Below, piece after piece: positions 39,327-54,949 of a DNA stretch of 64,000 nt. The translations under genes and the position numbers were made by a program. A model generated the notes under the pieces. The model had not been told where the DNA came from. It ran no database searches and was given only the letters and a program-made list of their open reading frames with translations. This stretch comes from Kudoa neothunni. Lineage: Eukaryota; Animalia; Cnidaria. How positions within the stretch are numbered: position 1 is the stretch's first letter; each line of letters begins with the position of its first letter. The stretch covers positions 4,800,966 through 4,864,965 of the forward strand of contig OZ199840.1 in NCBI GenBank assembly GCA_964304625.1. The letters run 5' to 3'.

Positions 39327-40979
39327 TTGCTTTTTTGTCGGTTCGTTAACCGAAGATTAACGGTGAAAATTTAAACAAAATTCCCGTGTGATAAACATTA
39401 TTCACATCGTATGGAATCGAGCATACAAAATAAAAATTAATAAATTGTAATTTGATCAAATAATTTATCATTAATAAAATTTTAAAACTACAGATTTTAT
39501 TTTAATGATAATTAGCCAATAGAAATACAAATGAAAGTTCCAAACATACGCATGCGTCATTAATAATTGCCTGAGAGAATTGAAAAATACAGAGATCTAA
39601 ATGTACATTCGAACATGTAGTTTTTGTATAACTGTTAGATATTAATATGAATGTGAATTGTTGCAAATTTATTATAGATATTTTTTTATTTGTCAATTAG
39701 CTTATATTTTTGTACCTCTATTAAAATTACTTCGACATAATAAATTAAATATAGCAGATTCTATGATTTCTTTTTATTGTTTTTAAAGGTAAAATTACAA
39801 CAATAATAATTTTAAATCGCTCACTATCTCTATTCTTATCTATTTAAGTCCAATTTTTTATTTCTAGTCTGGAGATAATATACTTCTTAAAAATCGTTAG
39901 TTATAATGAATCAAAAAGTTTAAATGATTTAAGATATTTGTATTCGTCATTATCATCAAATCAAAGTTATATTCATATGAATTACAGCCACTTTAAAACT
40001 TCAACTTGTGTTCAGAAACGATTTAGAATTTTAAATCCCTAAAAAATACAATACAGATCAATTTTTAGTATATATATTTTTTACAGAAATAGATATATTA
40101 TATAACTAAAAATAATGACAATAATGATCTTCATTGGATAATACAAAACAATAAATTCTATAAAACTTTTGTTATAAATTTCCAAACTTTTCAAATATAT
40201 ATGAATATTTTTAAATAACGATAAATAAAAGTAAAATAACAAACTTTGGTGGAGTATATTGCGAATATGCAAAAAATAAATTGCATTGTTTTAAACTCAA
40301 ATATATGTATAGTGTTCCAATTGATATTTTGCTGGTTAAATTTAACTTTTTAACAACTGAATATCTTTTTTATCAATAAAAAATTATGTAAATTTAAATA
40401 GTGATTTCAACTTAAAAACGATATTTATTTTCTTAAAATTCCTTATAAAATTTCATAAAAATGGTTATTAAATGTTATCTCGTATACCGGACATCCGGTA
40501 CGATGGGATTAAGGATCGCCGTTCTTGACTTAAATTGATTTTAATCGTCAAATTTTTAAAGAAGTTAATTTATTTTCCATAAATATTCTAAATATTTCAA
40601 ACAAGTTGAAATGGGTCGACGTAGAGAGGATGGAAAACGAATTTGCCTGTAAATATTGCTAAGAGGAACCAGCTCCTAATCAAAATAAAATTTATCAGAA
40701 AATAAGTTCAAAGATGCATAATTCGTGAAAAATTCTTTCCAAGGCACTTCTCCGTCAGTTATTTTTATAGAGATAGAAAAATGGCAAAATTGAGGAAAAT
40801 TTGTTCTCAACGTTCTTCCACTATTTTGATATAAAATGATTTTTTTCATCTAATTATCCAAAATATTGATTTAAATTAAATGTTTGGAACAACCTTGAAA
40901 AAATTCTATCCGGTAAATGTATTATTATTGCATGAATATCATATCTTAATCTACTTGGCGCATTCACCATAATTAATTT

Positions 40980-41680
40980 CAATGATGAGTTCAAATGATC
41001 TTGATAATAATTGTTCTGATACCGAGTCTTCAGATTCACTTTCTTCGTTTCATGATTATTTAACGTCAGAAAAATTTGTTATTGATACAAATATACAATT
41101 TAATTTATTAATGAACAAGAACGGAATTTTACGGTCAATGAACCCCCCGCCGTTGGCATCTAGATTCTAGATTCTAGAACATGTGTTGCAAATATTATGA
41201 GTAGTCAGTAGTCATTCTTGTGTCTCTCTGCTTTTATTATAAAATACAACTGATATTTTCAGAATAATATTTAGTTTTGTTATGTACTACGCCATTATTT
41301 TAAAATATACCAGTACATGGGTGGGGAAATTTTTGGTGATAGAAGGATCGAATTGGATGGGTTCATTAGCTGCTTATTTCTGATGGGATATGACGGGGAT
41401 AATCGAGAATCGGTTAAAGAGATATTTGGGTTAGAATAACGAAAGATATACCGTGATTTATTCTCATTACATAAATTTCTCAAAATAATGCGAGTTTCAC
41501 ATTTTGATGGTATATAAAATATTAAGGTAACAAAATCTAACAAATTAATCCGGAATTTTTTGTCATGTTAGTGAACTACGGCATGTTTTTGTGGATTTTT
41601 TAAGCGTCGTTTCCGTCCTAATTAACAAATGAACATCTCAAGCGTATCTATGTCACCTGTTCAGTAGTTTATGCAATAGT
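40980..41680 (+). mobile_element. piggyBac transposase N-terminal relic
   Basis: Acidic/Ser-rich start followed by ELDGFISCLFLMG..DNRESVKEIF...IYRDLFSLHKFLKIMRVSHFD, matching PGBD E..AFIG.L..MG...MS..RF..I.R.LHF. Confidence 0.6.
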
Positions 41681-42102
41681 CTAAGATTATGATATTTTTA
41701 TCATTTTAAGCGAAAATTAAATAAAGAATTAATTTCATTAAATGAGCTGAATTTTGAGTTATGTTTATAGTAAATATGCGTTCTCAAAAGTAACACACAC
41801 ACATACACATACGCCGTGTTTACAATATTTCTTTATCGTTCGCACAAGCGCACACAATATTACATGATGTCATTTTTGAAATTACCGAATATACAATTGA
41901 TCAAATATTTAAAAAACTTTTGAAAGTACATATTATCATTTTTCCAAATATTTTACTCAATAAAAATCAAAAAATAAGAAGCTACTATAAAAAATACAAG
42001 GTGAAATAAAGGTGCGCAAATCGAAAGAAAAAGGATGAACAATAACAAAGTGAGTAAAAACAAAATTTTTAGTTTACAAGCGTACCTATATCACTACTAC
42101 AA

Positions 42103-45100
42103 CTAATCCAGATAGTCGATTGAATCATTGTTGCTGAAAATGGCAGGGAAAACATTTGTAATGAGTTGATCCAAATTACCTACTCTATCGGGTAGATATT
42201 TACCTACAAATTTTCTGAATTTTGTGACTTCCTAACAACAAATAAATTTTAATCCCAACCAACCAGCGATTAAATACAATATAGGAGAATATATCGGGTT
42301 CATTTTCGAGCAGGTTGAACAAAGTATCCGCTGTTGGTTCAATCAAACTGGAGATATTGAGATTGGTCGCCACAAGGATATCTATTACATCAATAAAAAA
42401 ATTGTTCATCAATTGTAAAATAAATACACGTGACCATATTCCACGGGTTTTGGTGGTATTTTTTTATATAGTCGGACAACCTAAGAGAGATGTAGGTGCG
42501 GAATTTGGTGTCTTTAAGGTCGGAGATGGGCAGATAGGACAGAACGTTGGTTTTGGTAGTGGAATCCAAACTATCGCCCAATTCCACAACTACATACAAC
42601 ATATAAATGAAATGGCCATCAAAAATTTATTCGCATGATGTCAACTGAATTCTTACAATATTTGAGCATACGATACTCGTACCAAAACAGTTTAAAATGA
42701 TTTGGTTGAATCGACATCATTTGTTGGTAGGTGTCAAACAATTTTTCCGGGTCACCTTAAACAAACAGATTAATCATATAAACAATAGCGGATTAAAAAT
42801 AAAAAAGAGTTAATGAATAACACTCACAAAACAAGTTATTATCTCTGAATAAATTTAATTATGGGCCCACTTAAGAAATATTCATTAAAAATTAAACACA
42901 CAAAAAAATCATTTAAAGTGAGTGTAAATAATAAAATTGATTAATTTCGAGGGACGCAAACAAGACTAAATAAATACCAACAGCTAGGTAGATTTCAAAC
43001 AAGGTGGTTTGGGTTTTGAATTTGTGGTGGAAGTGTTGTTGAAGGAGAGTTGCATAGTGGTTGAGTTGGTCGAGAATGTGTTTCATATTGGATTCGTTGG
43101 TGTAGAATTCTTTCAGTTTATCGGGAGTATTATCGACATGCTTTTTGGGGCAGCAGAGAGAAGGTTTTTTGTTCGTTGGTTTTTGGTTGAAAGTGTCCCC
43201 ACCATTTTGTCGATTTTCTTTCTTTAATTCCTTCAACTTTTTAAGGCGTTCTTGTTTCTTTTGTTTTGCAGCACTCAGTTGGTGGTTGTCGGTGGTGGCG
43301 TTATCGGTAGCAGCAGCCTGTTTATTATTTCCGTCACTAGTATTATTAGTATTATTAGCATTATTATTAGCATTATTAGCATTATTAGTGGCAGGAGGAT
43401 TAGTCGCAGAGTTGCCGGAGTGAGGTGATGAGTCTGACTGGTGAACTCTGTGATAGATGCCAATAAGGGTCTTGGCGGCGGTTCTAACTAAATGCCAGTA
43501 GAATTTAGAGCATCGTAAAGAGGAGTCCTGCTGAAGGAGATCTTCATGGGCTTTCAACGAGAGATGCCGTATGCAATAATAGTGAAAATCCACCTTGTCA
43601 TAGGTGAATTGATCAAAATGGCATTCGGCCAAACGCACATGATAAAGCGCATCAAACAATTTGTTCTCTCTATAGAACAACGAAGCCTTGTGGATACGAT
43701 ACCATAAATTTTGAATCTCACGCATATAATCATCAATGGATTCGTTGTTTCTGGAGAATCGTTGCAAGTAACGATCAGCCAGCTGGTCATTGTTCACATA
43801 GAAAAAGTATTTCCCGGTGATTGAGTTGGTGTAACGATCCGAGGGAACCAAATCGCAAACATACTTCATCACACGATTGGCACAATTGAAATTGTCCACC
43901 GATCTGTATATTTTAGCGACCAAAATGACAGCATCATGCATTGATTTGTCCAATCGAAGACACTGTCTCAGATGACTCAAAGACTGATCCAAACTATCGA
44001 TAAGCTTGAAATGTGAAGCCATATAATAGTGACACCATTGAAGATGAGTGGATGAATTTTGGTGACGATCAATCATCGCAGTTAATTTCTCTTGGATAAC
44101 ATCGATTTTGCCGCCATCAACGTCACTGTCATAAATATGCCGCAAAGTTGTGATTGCTTGAGGTATGTTCTTCTCGAGTGACGCGTTGAGATAGTCATCA
44201 ATGATAGTTTCAAACTCCGCCAACGTGGCCAAATTCATGTATCGTTGTTTCAACATTAGTGAATCGGGAATATATTCGATCAGCGATTTGTAAATGATTT
44301 TACGAGAGTGACGTTTGATCAACTCATTGTCAATGTCGTAGTCGTCATCATCATCATCATCATCATCATCGAGAGGTGTGGAGATTGGTTTAGGTTCACC
44401 GTTGGTAGTAGGATCTAGTTGTTGAGATCCATCGTTAGTAGTGGCATCATTTGCAGGTTGAGAATGTGGAGACAGAGGATGAATCAGCTCGAAATTCTCC
44501 ACATATTTGTCCGCATACTTTTCGTAATTGGGCATTAACAATAACAACTGTAGATATTTCTCGGCTGCTCTATCGTACTTGTGATTGAGATGATAAGATC
44601 TAGCTATGAGCAATAGTAGGCTTTCTTTATCGAGGAATTTGTCGTCGTTCGTTTCCACCAATCGATCAATCTCATCAAATCTCCCCAACTGACACAACAA
44701 TTCTCCTTTAAACAACAACAAATTGTTCAACTCCTGTGGATTCAACTGAGAATGGAATGTGGAATGGATTTTCTCCGCATTCTCCAACACTTCATAACCC
44801 TTTTGATAGTTTTTGCATAGATAACATCCGTATGCGTATCCGATAGTGTTGGTGATTTGATTGGGTTGTAATTGGTAGAGTTTCTCTCGAGTCTCCTACA
44901 ACCAGCCTCAGCTACAAGTCACCAACCAATTTTGTTACCATATTTCCCAAATAGTCACCCTGGTGAAGTTGAAGGTTGCTTAAATCTCGTAAAATCTGGA
45001 TGTTGGATGGATTGCGTTTGGTCGCTGTTCGAAAACAGGCCAATGAAGAGGCGTAGTTTCGACGATCCCGTTCCACCAATCCCAATATATGCCAACCTAC

Positions 45101-45535
45101 ATACACACACACACAACCACATCTCATCTCATGCTGGAATATAATCAATAAAATCACTTACACATGTAACTGCTGAAATCTTTCGAGATCCCTTGTTTAC
45201 ACATGTGATATCCTTCATCCTGCTGGCCGGTACAACTCAATAGAACTCCTTTCAATGCCATTGTTTCTAGTTGGAAAAACAACATTTCAATCTATTGGTG
45301 GATGTATTCGAGGAGAATTCACCTGCATGATTGGCCCCTTTCGGGGTGGATAAAATGGTATTACACATTTTGATTCCTTTTTTAAACTCTTTGGTTTCGT
45401 ACGATTTCTACATTAGACGCCCGCATTCAACAACAACAACAACAACAACCACAAATCAATGTGTACAATTACCAATGCTTTGCAAAACAGCAATTTTTCA
45501 GTTGGTTCCAAACTCTCTGTAATTCTATCGTTCAT
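42103..45535 (-). CDS. NAA15: N-alpha-acetyltransferase 15/16, NatA auxiliary subunit (multi-exon)
   Basis: Spliced N-terminus EKLLFCKALKSYETKEFKKGIK...HAETMALKG...CWHILGL...NIQILRDLSNLQ. The TPR-rich 625-aa ORF has DRYTNS and DFHYYCIR motifs typical of NAA15/Nat1. Confidence 0.93.
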
Positions 45536-47639
45536 GTTACTCGCTTCTAACCAACTCCTACCTACCACACAATACAACAATTGTATTGAAGATTAAACAA
45601 CGCTGGTACATGTGGTAAACACTTAATAATATAAAAACAACACAGATCATTCGAATTGATCGATCAAATTTGATCCTTTGTGGTGGTAAAAATTCGGTGT
45701 AATTATTGTAGCTCGAAATTTACCTTGTTTATCTAGTTCAAGTGTACTTGTTCGGTTGTTCTATCTAATCGCAACTGTGTCGGTAATGCACTTTCTTTCG
45801 GAGTGATTCGGTGAATTAGTGCTAATGCAAATTTGACGTATTGTAACTTAACTGGTGTAACTATAAAGTCGATTCAATTTTTGAATTACGTTATTGGTTT
45901 CAGTGAGTTTTTTTGAGACCACTACATGGCAATATTCAACCATATTTGGTGTCGCCGATGAATTCAGATTACTAATCCTTTCCGCCGAAGATTTGTTGGG
46001 TGCATTATTGCAAAATCCATCTTTACGATCCAACCAATAAACACATTCTCTGATCGAACATGGGTTGATTCGATGTTTCCGTTACGTCGGCAATCTCTCC
46101 ACCTCTTTAATTTAGGAAAATTGTTATTCTATTCCAATATAATTGGATGTATTTGTGTTAATTATTGTATTCGCATATTTTGCCGTTTAAATCATTTAAA
46201 ATCCATTCAATTGCTTCGCTTTTATTAATTCTCGTTCAAATTATCAACAATACACACCTATTTCCATCACTCAATATTATGGTCATGATGTGTTAGAGCC
46301 GCTTTACAATCCATTTTTGGTTGGATGCGATCGCATTGAGTCCTACAATCTAAGTCACTTTTAGTGTAGATTATCAGCCCACTGTTTCCTCACTCATTCT
46401 CCATTTAAATGTATTCAATAAGATTATTTACTTCCTTAATTATCTTTCGGTTTATGGTATATCTATCTGTGTTATCAAAATCTTTTTATCCATTGTTTCT
46501 TATGTTACATTTACAATGGTGCAATGATAGTTCAATATGGCGTTATGTAATCCTTTCATCCCAAGCTCTCATCAATATACTTCCTTACTCTATGTAAACT
46601 TTATCGTACAAAAAAATTAATAATGATTTTCCTATGTTGAATTCTTTATGTAATAAAACAATTTGGTGGGTCAATATGTAGTCAATTAATCCCTTCGTTC
46701 CTAACTCCTGTCTGTTTACTTCAATGCTTTTAAGCTTTACCATGGTAATTATTTTAAGGATTTTTCTTTATATAAAAAAACAATTTGGGGGTATGTGAGA
46801 GAGATCACGTTGAACAAACAACAAGTATATTTTCTATTTTAATACCAAATGTTTTATATTATCTATACAATGTAGAGAGATACAAATGGTTGAATGTTCG
46901 TATTATTATTTTAAATATTCTCAAATTTGCTGAGATTAATGGATTAATCACTATTAATCTGAAAAATATGAGTATTGGTTGTAAAAATTGCGAAACTGTG
47001 TTTTATGGCGTAATCAAAAACAACTAAAAATACAAACAATTAATGACACTGAAAGAGGTAATGGGGAGTATTCGGTTTGTTTCACGCATTAAATCTTCCC
47101 GGTTTTACATGAATCAATTTAACACGATTTTTAAATATGGTCACGAATACAAATTTTAAAAAATTCTTAGTTTTAACAATTTCATAAAAACACACGTTCG
47201 GGTGTCCTCGTTACACGAAGATTACAATACACAAGCTACATCTTTTACATTTTCACCAATTATTGGCTTGTAGAGTTCCACCATTGTTGTTTATTTATAG
47301 TACTAATATATATGTTTTCTATTTGAATCTTTTTAACTACTTTTAAGTCTATATCACGTGTAAATAATAGCGGTAATGTTATACCCCGTGACCCCAAAAA
47401 TACATCATGATGAGGTTGATTTTTCACATAAAAAAGCAAATCTAAACTCCAATATTTTCCATGTTGCCATCGTTTTCTTGATTAATTAATTGTTTTATGG
47501 TTGTCTTGTAAAAATTGTAGAAACTATAATCGACGATATTTTTAGTATAATTAGAGTATCTTGTTACAAGGGATAAAATGTGAAAATACGCATGATTGAT
47601 AAAACCAGCCGAATAATTCAATTATAAAATATAATACTA

Positions 47640-48697
47640 GCGTAGCTTCCAATTATACATCAATGAAATTGCTTATAAATAATATGTTTCATAATATTTC
47701 TCATAATTATGAAATGTATCTTTAATTTTCTCAATTTTCAGAATATGATGTTTTCCAGATAAGATAGAATTTGGATTGCACATTCGATATTGTTGAATAT
47801 TTTGTTCGGTATTACTATGAGTTTCTTTTAATACCTCAATAAATATATGCAAACCGGCATATCGCTCTGATCGAATCGATTTTGAACAATTGATGAAGTT
47901 TTTTTCGAAATAGGTTATAAACGATGCTAAATTGGTATCAACGAACTTGTTTCTTTTATTTTTAGGTTTGATACACTCCTCATGGACATATTCTACTAGA
48001 ACAAAGGCGAGAGATAGGAAACATTTGATATAAATTTTGAAATCAACGTTTTCTTCATATAATTTCGTAAACCCTTCTTTTTGTATTCGTCTCCAAATGA
48101 ATTGTCAAAAATGGAAAAGACATAATTTTATGGGTATTTATTTTGATGCTTTTTTAAAAGCATTGAACACTTGAAGCTCAAAATCCATTACTAAAAATTT
48201 GGGAAACTTCACTTTATTATCCTCGAGAATGGACAAAACTTTGGTATACGTGGATTCTGTAATATTTGCCATTAATACATAAATAAGCGGAAAATCCTTG
48301 CCCAATATCTTCCCATGAATGATGTATAATTGTGGGAACTCTCTCGGCACTATTTTGAACGTGCCATCCGATATCCACACGTCCGCATTATTCAAATGTA
48401 TCAGATTTGGGGGAGTAGAAAAAATGATGATACGCTCAAAATCCTTGGAACACGAATCGTATGGGATCAAATCTTCATTTCTTAATGATCTGATATTTAA
48501 TTCACATAAATTGGATTCGTAGATAACATCAATGGAATTTTGTATATTTTTTTAGACTGAATTTTTTAAAATTATAATGAGATCATGAAGATCGACGGAA
48601 TTTGAAGCCATGGAATAAATTTTGTTCAATTTGTAAGATATCATCCAATGGATAAGTCCTCAGTCTTCCTTTGCAGGTTCTCGATTGACATCTCCAA

Positions 48698-48733
<36 letters not shown>

Positions 48734-48850
48734 TTTACGGTTAGAATAACAATCCTTTACATAACAAAATCTGTTGAACATGATTTTTACCCCATTTTTT
48801 ATGGTTTTAAATAGAAAATAATTTGGTCTATTAGAATTAGATTTAGCAGA
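47640..48850 (-). mobile_element. MULE transposase relic
   Basis: ORF 48138-48470 RIIIFST..NLIHL..ADVWISDGTFKIVPREFPQLYIIHG...PLIYVLM...MDFE is the MULE DDE core; FLYWCH-like region upstream. Confidence 0.85.
48698..48733. repeat. (ATTG)n microsatellite inside the MULE relic
   Basis: About 8-9 tandem ATTG units. Confidence 0.9.
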
Positions 48851-50174
48851 CACGTTGAGTTTTTGTAAGAGCGCATGCGCTCAAATTTACAAGCATGTTA
48901 AATCATTGATGAGTTGGGTGATCATGCCGCATTAATATCAAAAAAAATTTTTAGATTTAATTTAGTCATTACTACCATTAAAAGTTTAATAAATATCACA
49001 TTACTTTGATTTAAAAAAATGGGATTAATTGTCGGTCTTTTTGTAATCTCTGATCGGAAAATGCGACAATTATTCTACATTTTAATTCTGTTTTCAGATA
49101 GTTTAATCAATATATTTACAATAATCAAGTTACAATTATAATTTTTTAAATATTTTAGGTATTATTTCAATCTTGTGACTTAATACATATCATTCTTGAT
49201 ATTTTTAAAAGTCTCAATTATAGAGGAAAATCACTTCATTATATGAATTTTTAAATCATTTATCTTAAAGTGAGAGAGTGACAAAAACGAAAGAAAACTA
49301 GATAAAATGTTCTCGCGGATACATTGACGAATCATGAAATAATTCAACATTTATTTGGGGAAATATTGTGCTTTCCTTGCAAAATTACTTAATTATACTT
49401 CCAAATATTTCTAACGTGACCAATGATGTTTATGTAACCAAATATATTCAGCTGAGTGATAATTTTAATTCAAATAATTGATTGTAAATGACGCAATATA
49501 TACTAAAAATCACGTGACTCGTCGATTTTGCACACCTAATTAGAAATCTGTTGAGCAATGTACTATTCTTCAAAAAAATTAAAAATATGACGAAAAAAGG
49601 TAAAAACGTATAAACATTTGAAAAAAAAATGAAAAATATAATTTTATAAAATATTTTGAAAAATACCAACTTATTAAATATAGCAACCCCAAATGACATT
49701 CTTCAAAAAATTAATTAAAGTTAGTATACTAGTTTAAAAAAGTTTAGATTATTTTCGAATATTGAAAGAAATGGAAATATTTGATAGGGTAAGTCAGTGT
49801 ACTACACAATCCAATATAACTGATTTTTTCATAAATAGAAACTAAGGATCACTTTCTTTCATAAAATTTTTATTCATTCGTACTTTTTGAACAAAACGGA
49901 CGCCAATTTTTTTCATAACGGTTCGAAAAATGAGATATTAATTATTATGTGTGTGCGCGATAAGTGTGCAAAATTAGTTGCCTACTTTATACAAAAAATT
50001 ATATAATATGTATCTAGACAAGTTCAAACGATCATATCAAATGAGAAAAATAAGATTTGATTAGAGGAAGATTGAATAGAGATGAAAGTGAGAAATTTTG
50101 GGCGTCAATTAGAGTAGCCCAGGAATCTCAATTGGTTTTTTAACTATCCCAAATTTATTTTCTGAATAATTCTC

Positions 50175-51018
50175 ATGTTGATGTTTTTCACCAACAGGCT
50201 CATAATCTCAATTCTAATAAAATTTTATATCTCCGTTATTTCCGCAAAAATCATCAGTAACAATCTGCTTTAAACAGCACCCACCATATTTATCACATTA
50301 AAACTATTTCTACATAGGTAGAAGAGGTGAAGGAAGGCAAGATTGTGGACCTTATTGTCCACTAGATTGTGCTCCATTATGCACTCCGATATGCTGCGAC
50401 ATCAGCAGTTATTCGCTATCCCCAATCCTATCTAACAGTACACTCGATTGTGACACAATCTGTCGAATTGACATCAATGTGGTGCAATCGTTAGCCAAAG
50501 ACCTAGTGGCTAACTACGTATGTAGCCCAAGCTGCAATCAAAATATTACTTGTTGCAACAACTTAAAATTAACTCAGTTGAGTAAACTTAATGGCCCATC
50601 CACTAATGTAGAACATGAAAAATTCACCTACCAACCGCCCTCGAAACAATATTTAAATATGCCAGACATATTTGTCAGGTAGGTGCCAATTTTACTTACT
50701 GTAGAATTTATTTCCATATTGTAATAACAACTTTACTTAAGCGAGCCGAAGCCCAATTGCCCTTTTGACTGCCTACCCTCATGTTACCCTGCATGTACAT
50801 TTGCTTGCTGCAACTTGGATATAGACACCATCTACAGTAGCCATAAAGTGATTTCCACCGGAACCAATAACCACCATATGGACACTCAACAACACATGAT
50901 CAACCAACTCGCAACAGACTCTTCATTATTACAACTCTATCCCAGGAAAGGAAGGTGCTCATTCGACTGCTCCCCTAGTTGTTTTCCACGATGCACCCCT
51001 GCTTGTTGTAGCAAATAG
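50175..51018 (+). CDS. Secreted nematocyst/polar-capsule-type protein with minicollagen cysteine-rich domains, no collagen helix (3 exons)
   Basis: Hydrophobic N-terminus and a dibasic RR, followed by CGPYCPLDCAPLCTPICC, an interrupted CRD (CDTIC...CSPSCNQNITCC), CPFDCLPSCYPACTFACC and CSFDCSPSCFPRCTPACC. Three of these match CX3CX3CX3CX3CC exactly. Confidence 0.88.
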
Positions 51019-51068
51019 TAAATGTAGAAAAAAATGTATATTTTGATTGTAACATATTTATAAATATT

Positions 51069-52418
<1,350 letters not shown>

Positions 52419-53634
52419 TACCTATAGGATCCGAACACACAAGGAGAATCAGCGATCAATTGATTATAAATCAAAATTATTGTGACTGGCGAATGTGCTA
52501 ATTATGACTCAAAGTTTAATTCGCTAATTCACTAGAACATTCCTAGTTTCGATGGATAGATAAAAGGATTAAATGATTAACATAATTTCGAGTGTTAAAA
52601 TAATTAAGGTTATAATTAAGAATACTTAAACGTTTAATAAAATTCTATAACGAAAATATTCCACCAAATCAACTTAAAATAGATAAAATAATTCCCATAC
52701 AAAATGTGGAACCTGATAAGTCCAATATGATTATAGCATACTCATTTTTAGGTAGATTTCTTGTTTTGAGTATTAATCCTTTTTATGTTTATTGGTTAAA
52801 TGCTGTTTATCGTGTTTGTTTATTGAAACAATTCTTTCAATAAATCGTAAGTAAACATCATAGAATATTAAATTTTGATTGTTCAGAAGGGTAGGTAAAA
52901 CTCAATTGTATGTCACTCACAAAAATATTAACTTGAGTATGTATTTACTTTTTTGGACTATATAAAAATATATTTTTATGCAAAAATGATATTATTAATT
53001 TCCGAACAATTTCGTTAATAATCGACCTTTATTTTGTTACCAAAAAGAGTATTCATAATTGTTTTTTTTGGCATGATTTTGTTATGTGCGGTCAAGTTTA
53101 TTATTATGGGGTATATTTTGTGTTAAAACTACCATTTTAATCAAACAAAGAATTAGTTAATTTGAGGTGTTGATTGCAAAAAAAGATAAACAATTTTAAG
53201 TAGCGCTGAGGTTTGTTAAAAAACCTGAGTTATAAACTATAAGATAAAATCAAGGTAAAATTAACGGTAATATTAAACAATCATGGATCTATTCCTATTG
53301 ATAATAAAAGATATGCATTAGGTGAGGTGTAAACAATGCTCTTTATTAAATATAAATGTTTACGAACATTTATATCGTAAATAAATTATTCATTATATTG
53401 AGAAAAATAGGGGAAATCTAATGTTTATAATAAAGTTTAGAGACATGCCACCTCATAAGGTTGATTTGGTGTAAAACCCTCAAAATTCGTCACACATTAC
53501 GCATAATCCCCCATATTATTTTTAGTATGACTTTATATTTATTCTACTATATTATTTCTAAATATAGACTAGTTTTAATGCAATTATTTAAAAGACTAAA
53601 AATAATTAAGTTGATTCAACCACATTTACGTATA

Positions 53635-54841
53635 CATGGGCTGATCAAAAAGTATGGACACTTTTTAAATATCTCCTCGTATGAAAAAGATGTAATTTCA
53701 ATAGATGAATAATAAAATATGACAGCTAGTTGTCTAAGTCGCGAAATGGGCCGACGTCGCTCAGGAGAATGTCAGAAAACCATGAGCAGAGAATTTGTAT
53801 AATATTCTGTGTAAAACTAGGTAAGAACAGTACCGAAGCCTATGGAATGATTCAACAAGCATTTTTAGACAATACACTGAGTAGATTAAGAGTGTTTGAG
53901 TGGGATTAAAGATTTAAAGAAGGTAGAAATTCGATTGATTGTTTGGATCGTTCTAGTCGACCTTTAACTAGCAGAAATCATGAAAAGATTAATGACGTTA
54001 CGAATATGATTGATTCCGAACGTATACTTACCATTATGGAAATTTCCAATGATATTGGAATATCTTTTGGAGCATGTCAAGCTATTTTGACTGGTGATCT
54101 TCGTATGAAAAGAGTTGTCGCCAAATTTGTCCCGCGAATGCTCACATCCTAACAAAAGTAATTGAGGCTTATTACTTCAAAAAATCTACTTAAACGCTCA
54201 TCAACAGACAATGAATTCATGAATTTTATCATAACAGGTGATGAAACTAGGGTTTATGGTTATGATCCCGAAACAAAAGTTCAATCATACATTTGGAAAA
54301 CACCATTATCGCCCAGGCCAAAGAAAGCTCGCCAAGTTCGGAGTAAAATTAAAGTATTACTCACAGTATTTTTTGATATCCAGGGGATAATTTATTATGA
54401 ATACGCACCTGAATCTCGTACAGTTACAAGTGTGCATTACCTCAACGTTTTGGAGAATTTACGGAGTGCTAGTTGTTGCAAACGACCACGCATGCATTCC
54501 TCTGAACGTTGGATAATGCATCACGATAATGTCCCCTCACATAAGTCATTAAAAATTCAAAATTTTTCATAGCCAAGATGAACGTTCCCCACTTACAGCA
54601 TCCTCCGTACTCGCCAGATCTTGCTTCATGGTACTTCATTCTGTTCCCCAAAATCAAATTCCAACTTAAAAGGAGGAGATTCCACTTTTCTGAGGAAACA
54701 AAACAGAATGCGATGGAGCAGCTTAGACACTGAAAAAATGTATTGACGCAGGCGGAGAGTATTTTGAGGGAAATAAAAAAAAATTCATTATATTTGTGTA
54801 TTTATTTTTTTTAAGTCTCGATACTTTTTGATCAGCCCATG
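53635..54841 (+). mobile_element. Mariner (Tc1/mariner) element with TIRs and TA TSD; transposase pseudogene
   Basis: TA|CATGGGCTGATCAAAAAGTAT...ATACTTTTTGATCAGCCCATG|TA. Motifs AKFVPR, TGDETRVY, HHDNVPSH, PPYSPDLA; internal stops and frameshifts. Confidence 0.95.
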
Positions 54842-54949
54842 TATTTTCTAAATCTATGATTGGATTCTTCAAATAATTAGAGAGTGTGAATAAAGGGGGA
54901 TATTGTTACAAAAACAATGTCGTTAATAAGAATTCAGCAGATCAAAGAA

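Noticed and set aside
45850-46960. Possible multi-TM gene divergent from NAA15 (IFGVADEFRLLILSAEDLL faintly like CLN3/battenin)
   Set aside because: No consistent spliced frame could be built and the similarity is too weak; needs RNA-seq.
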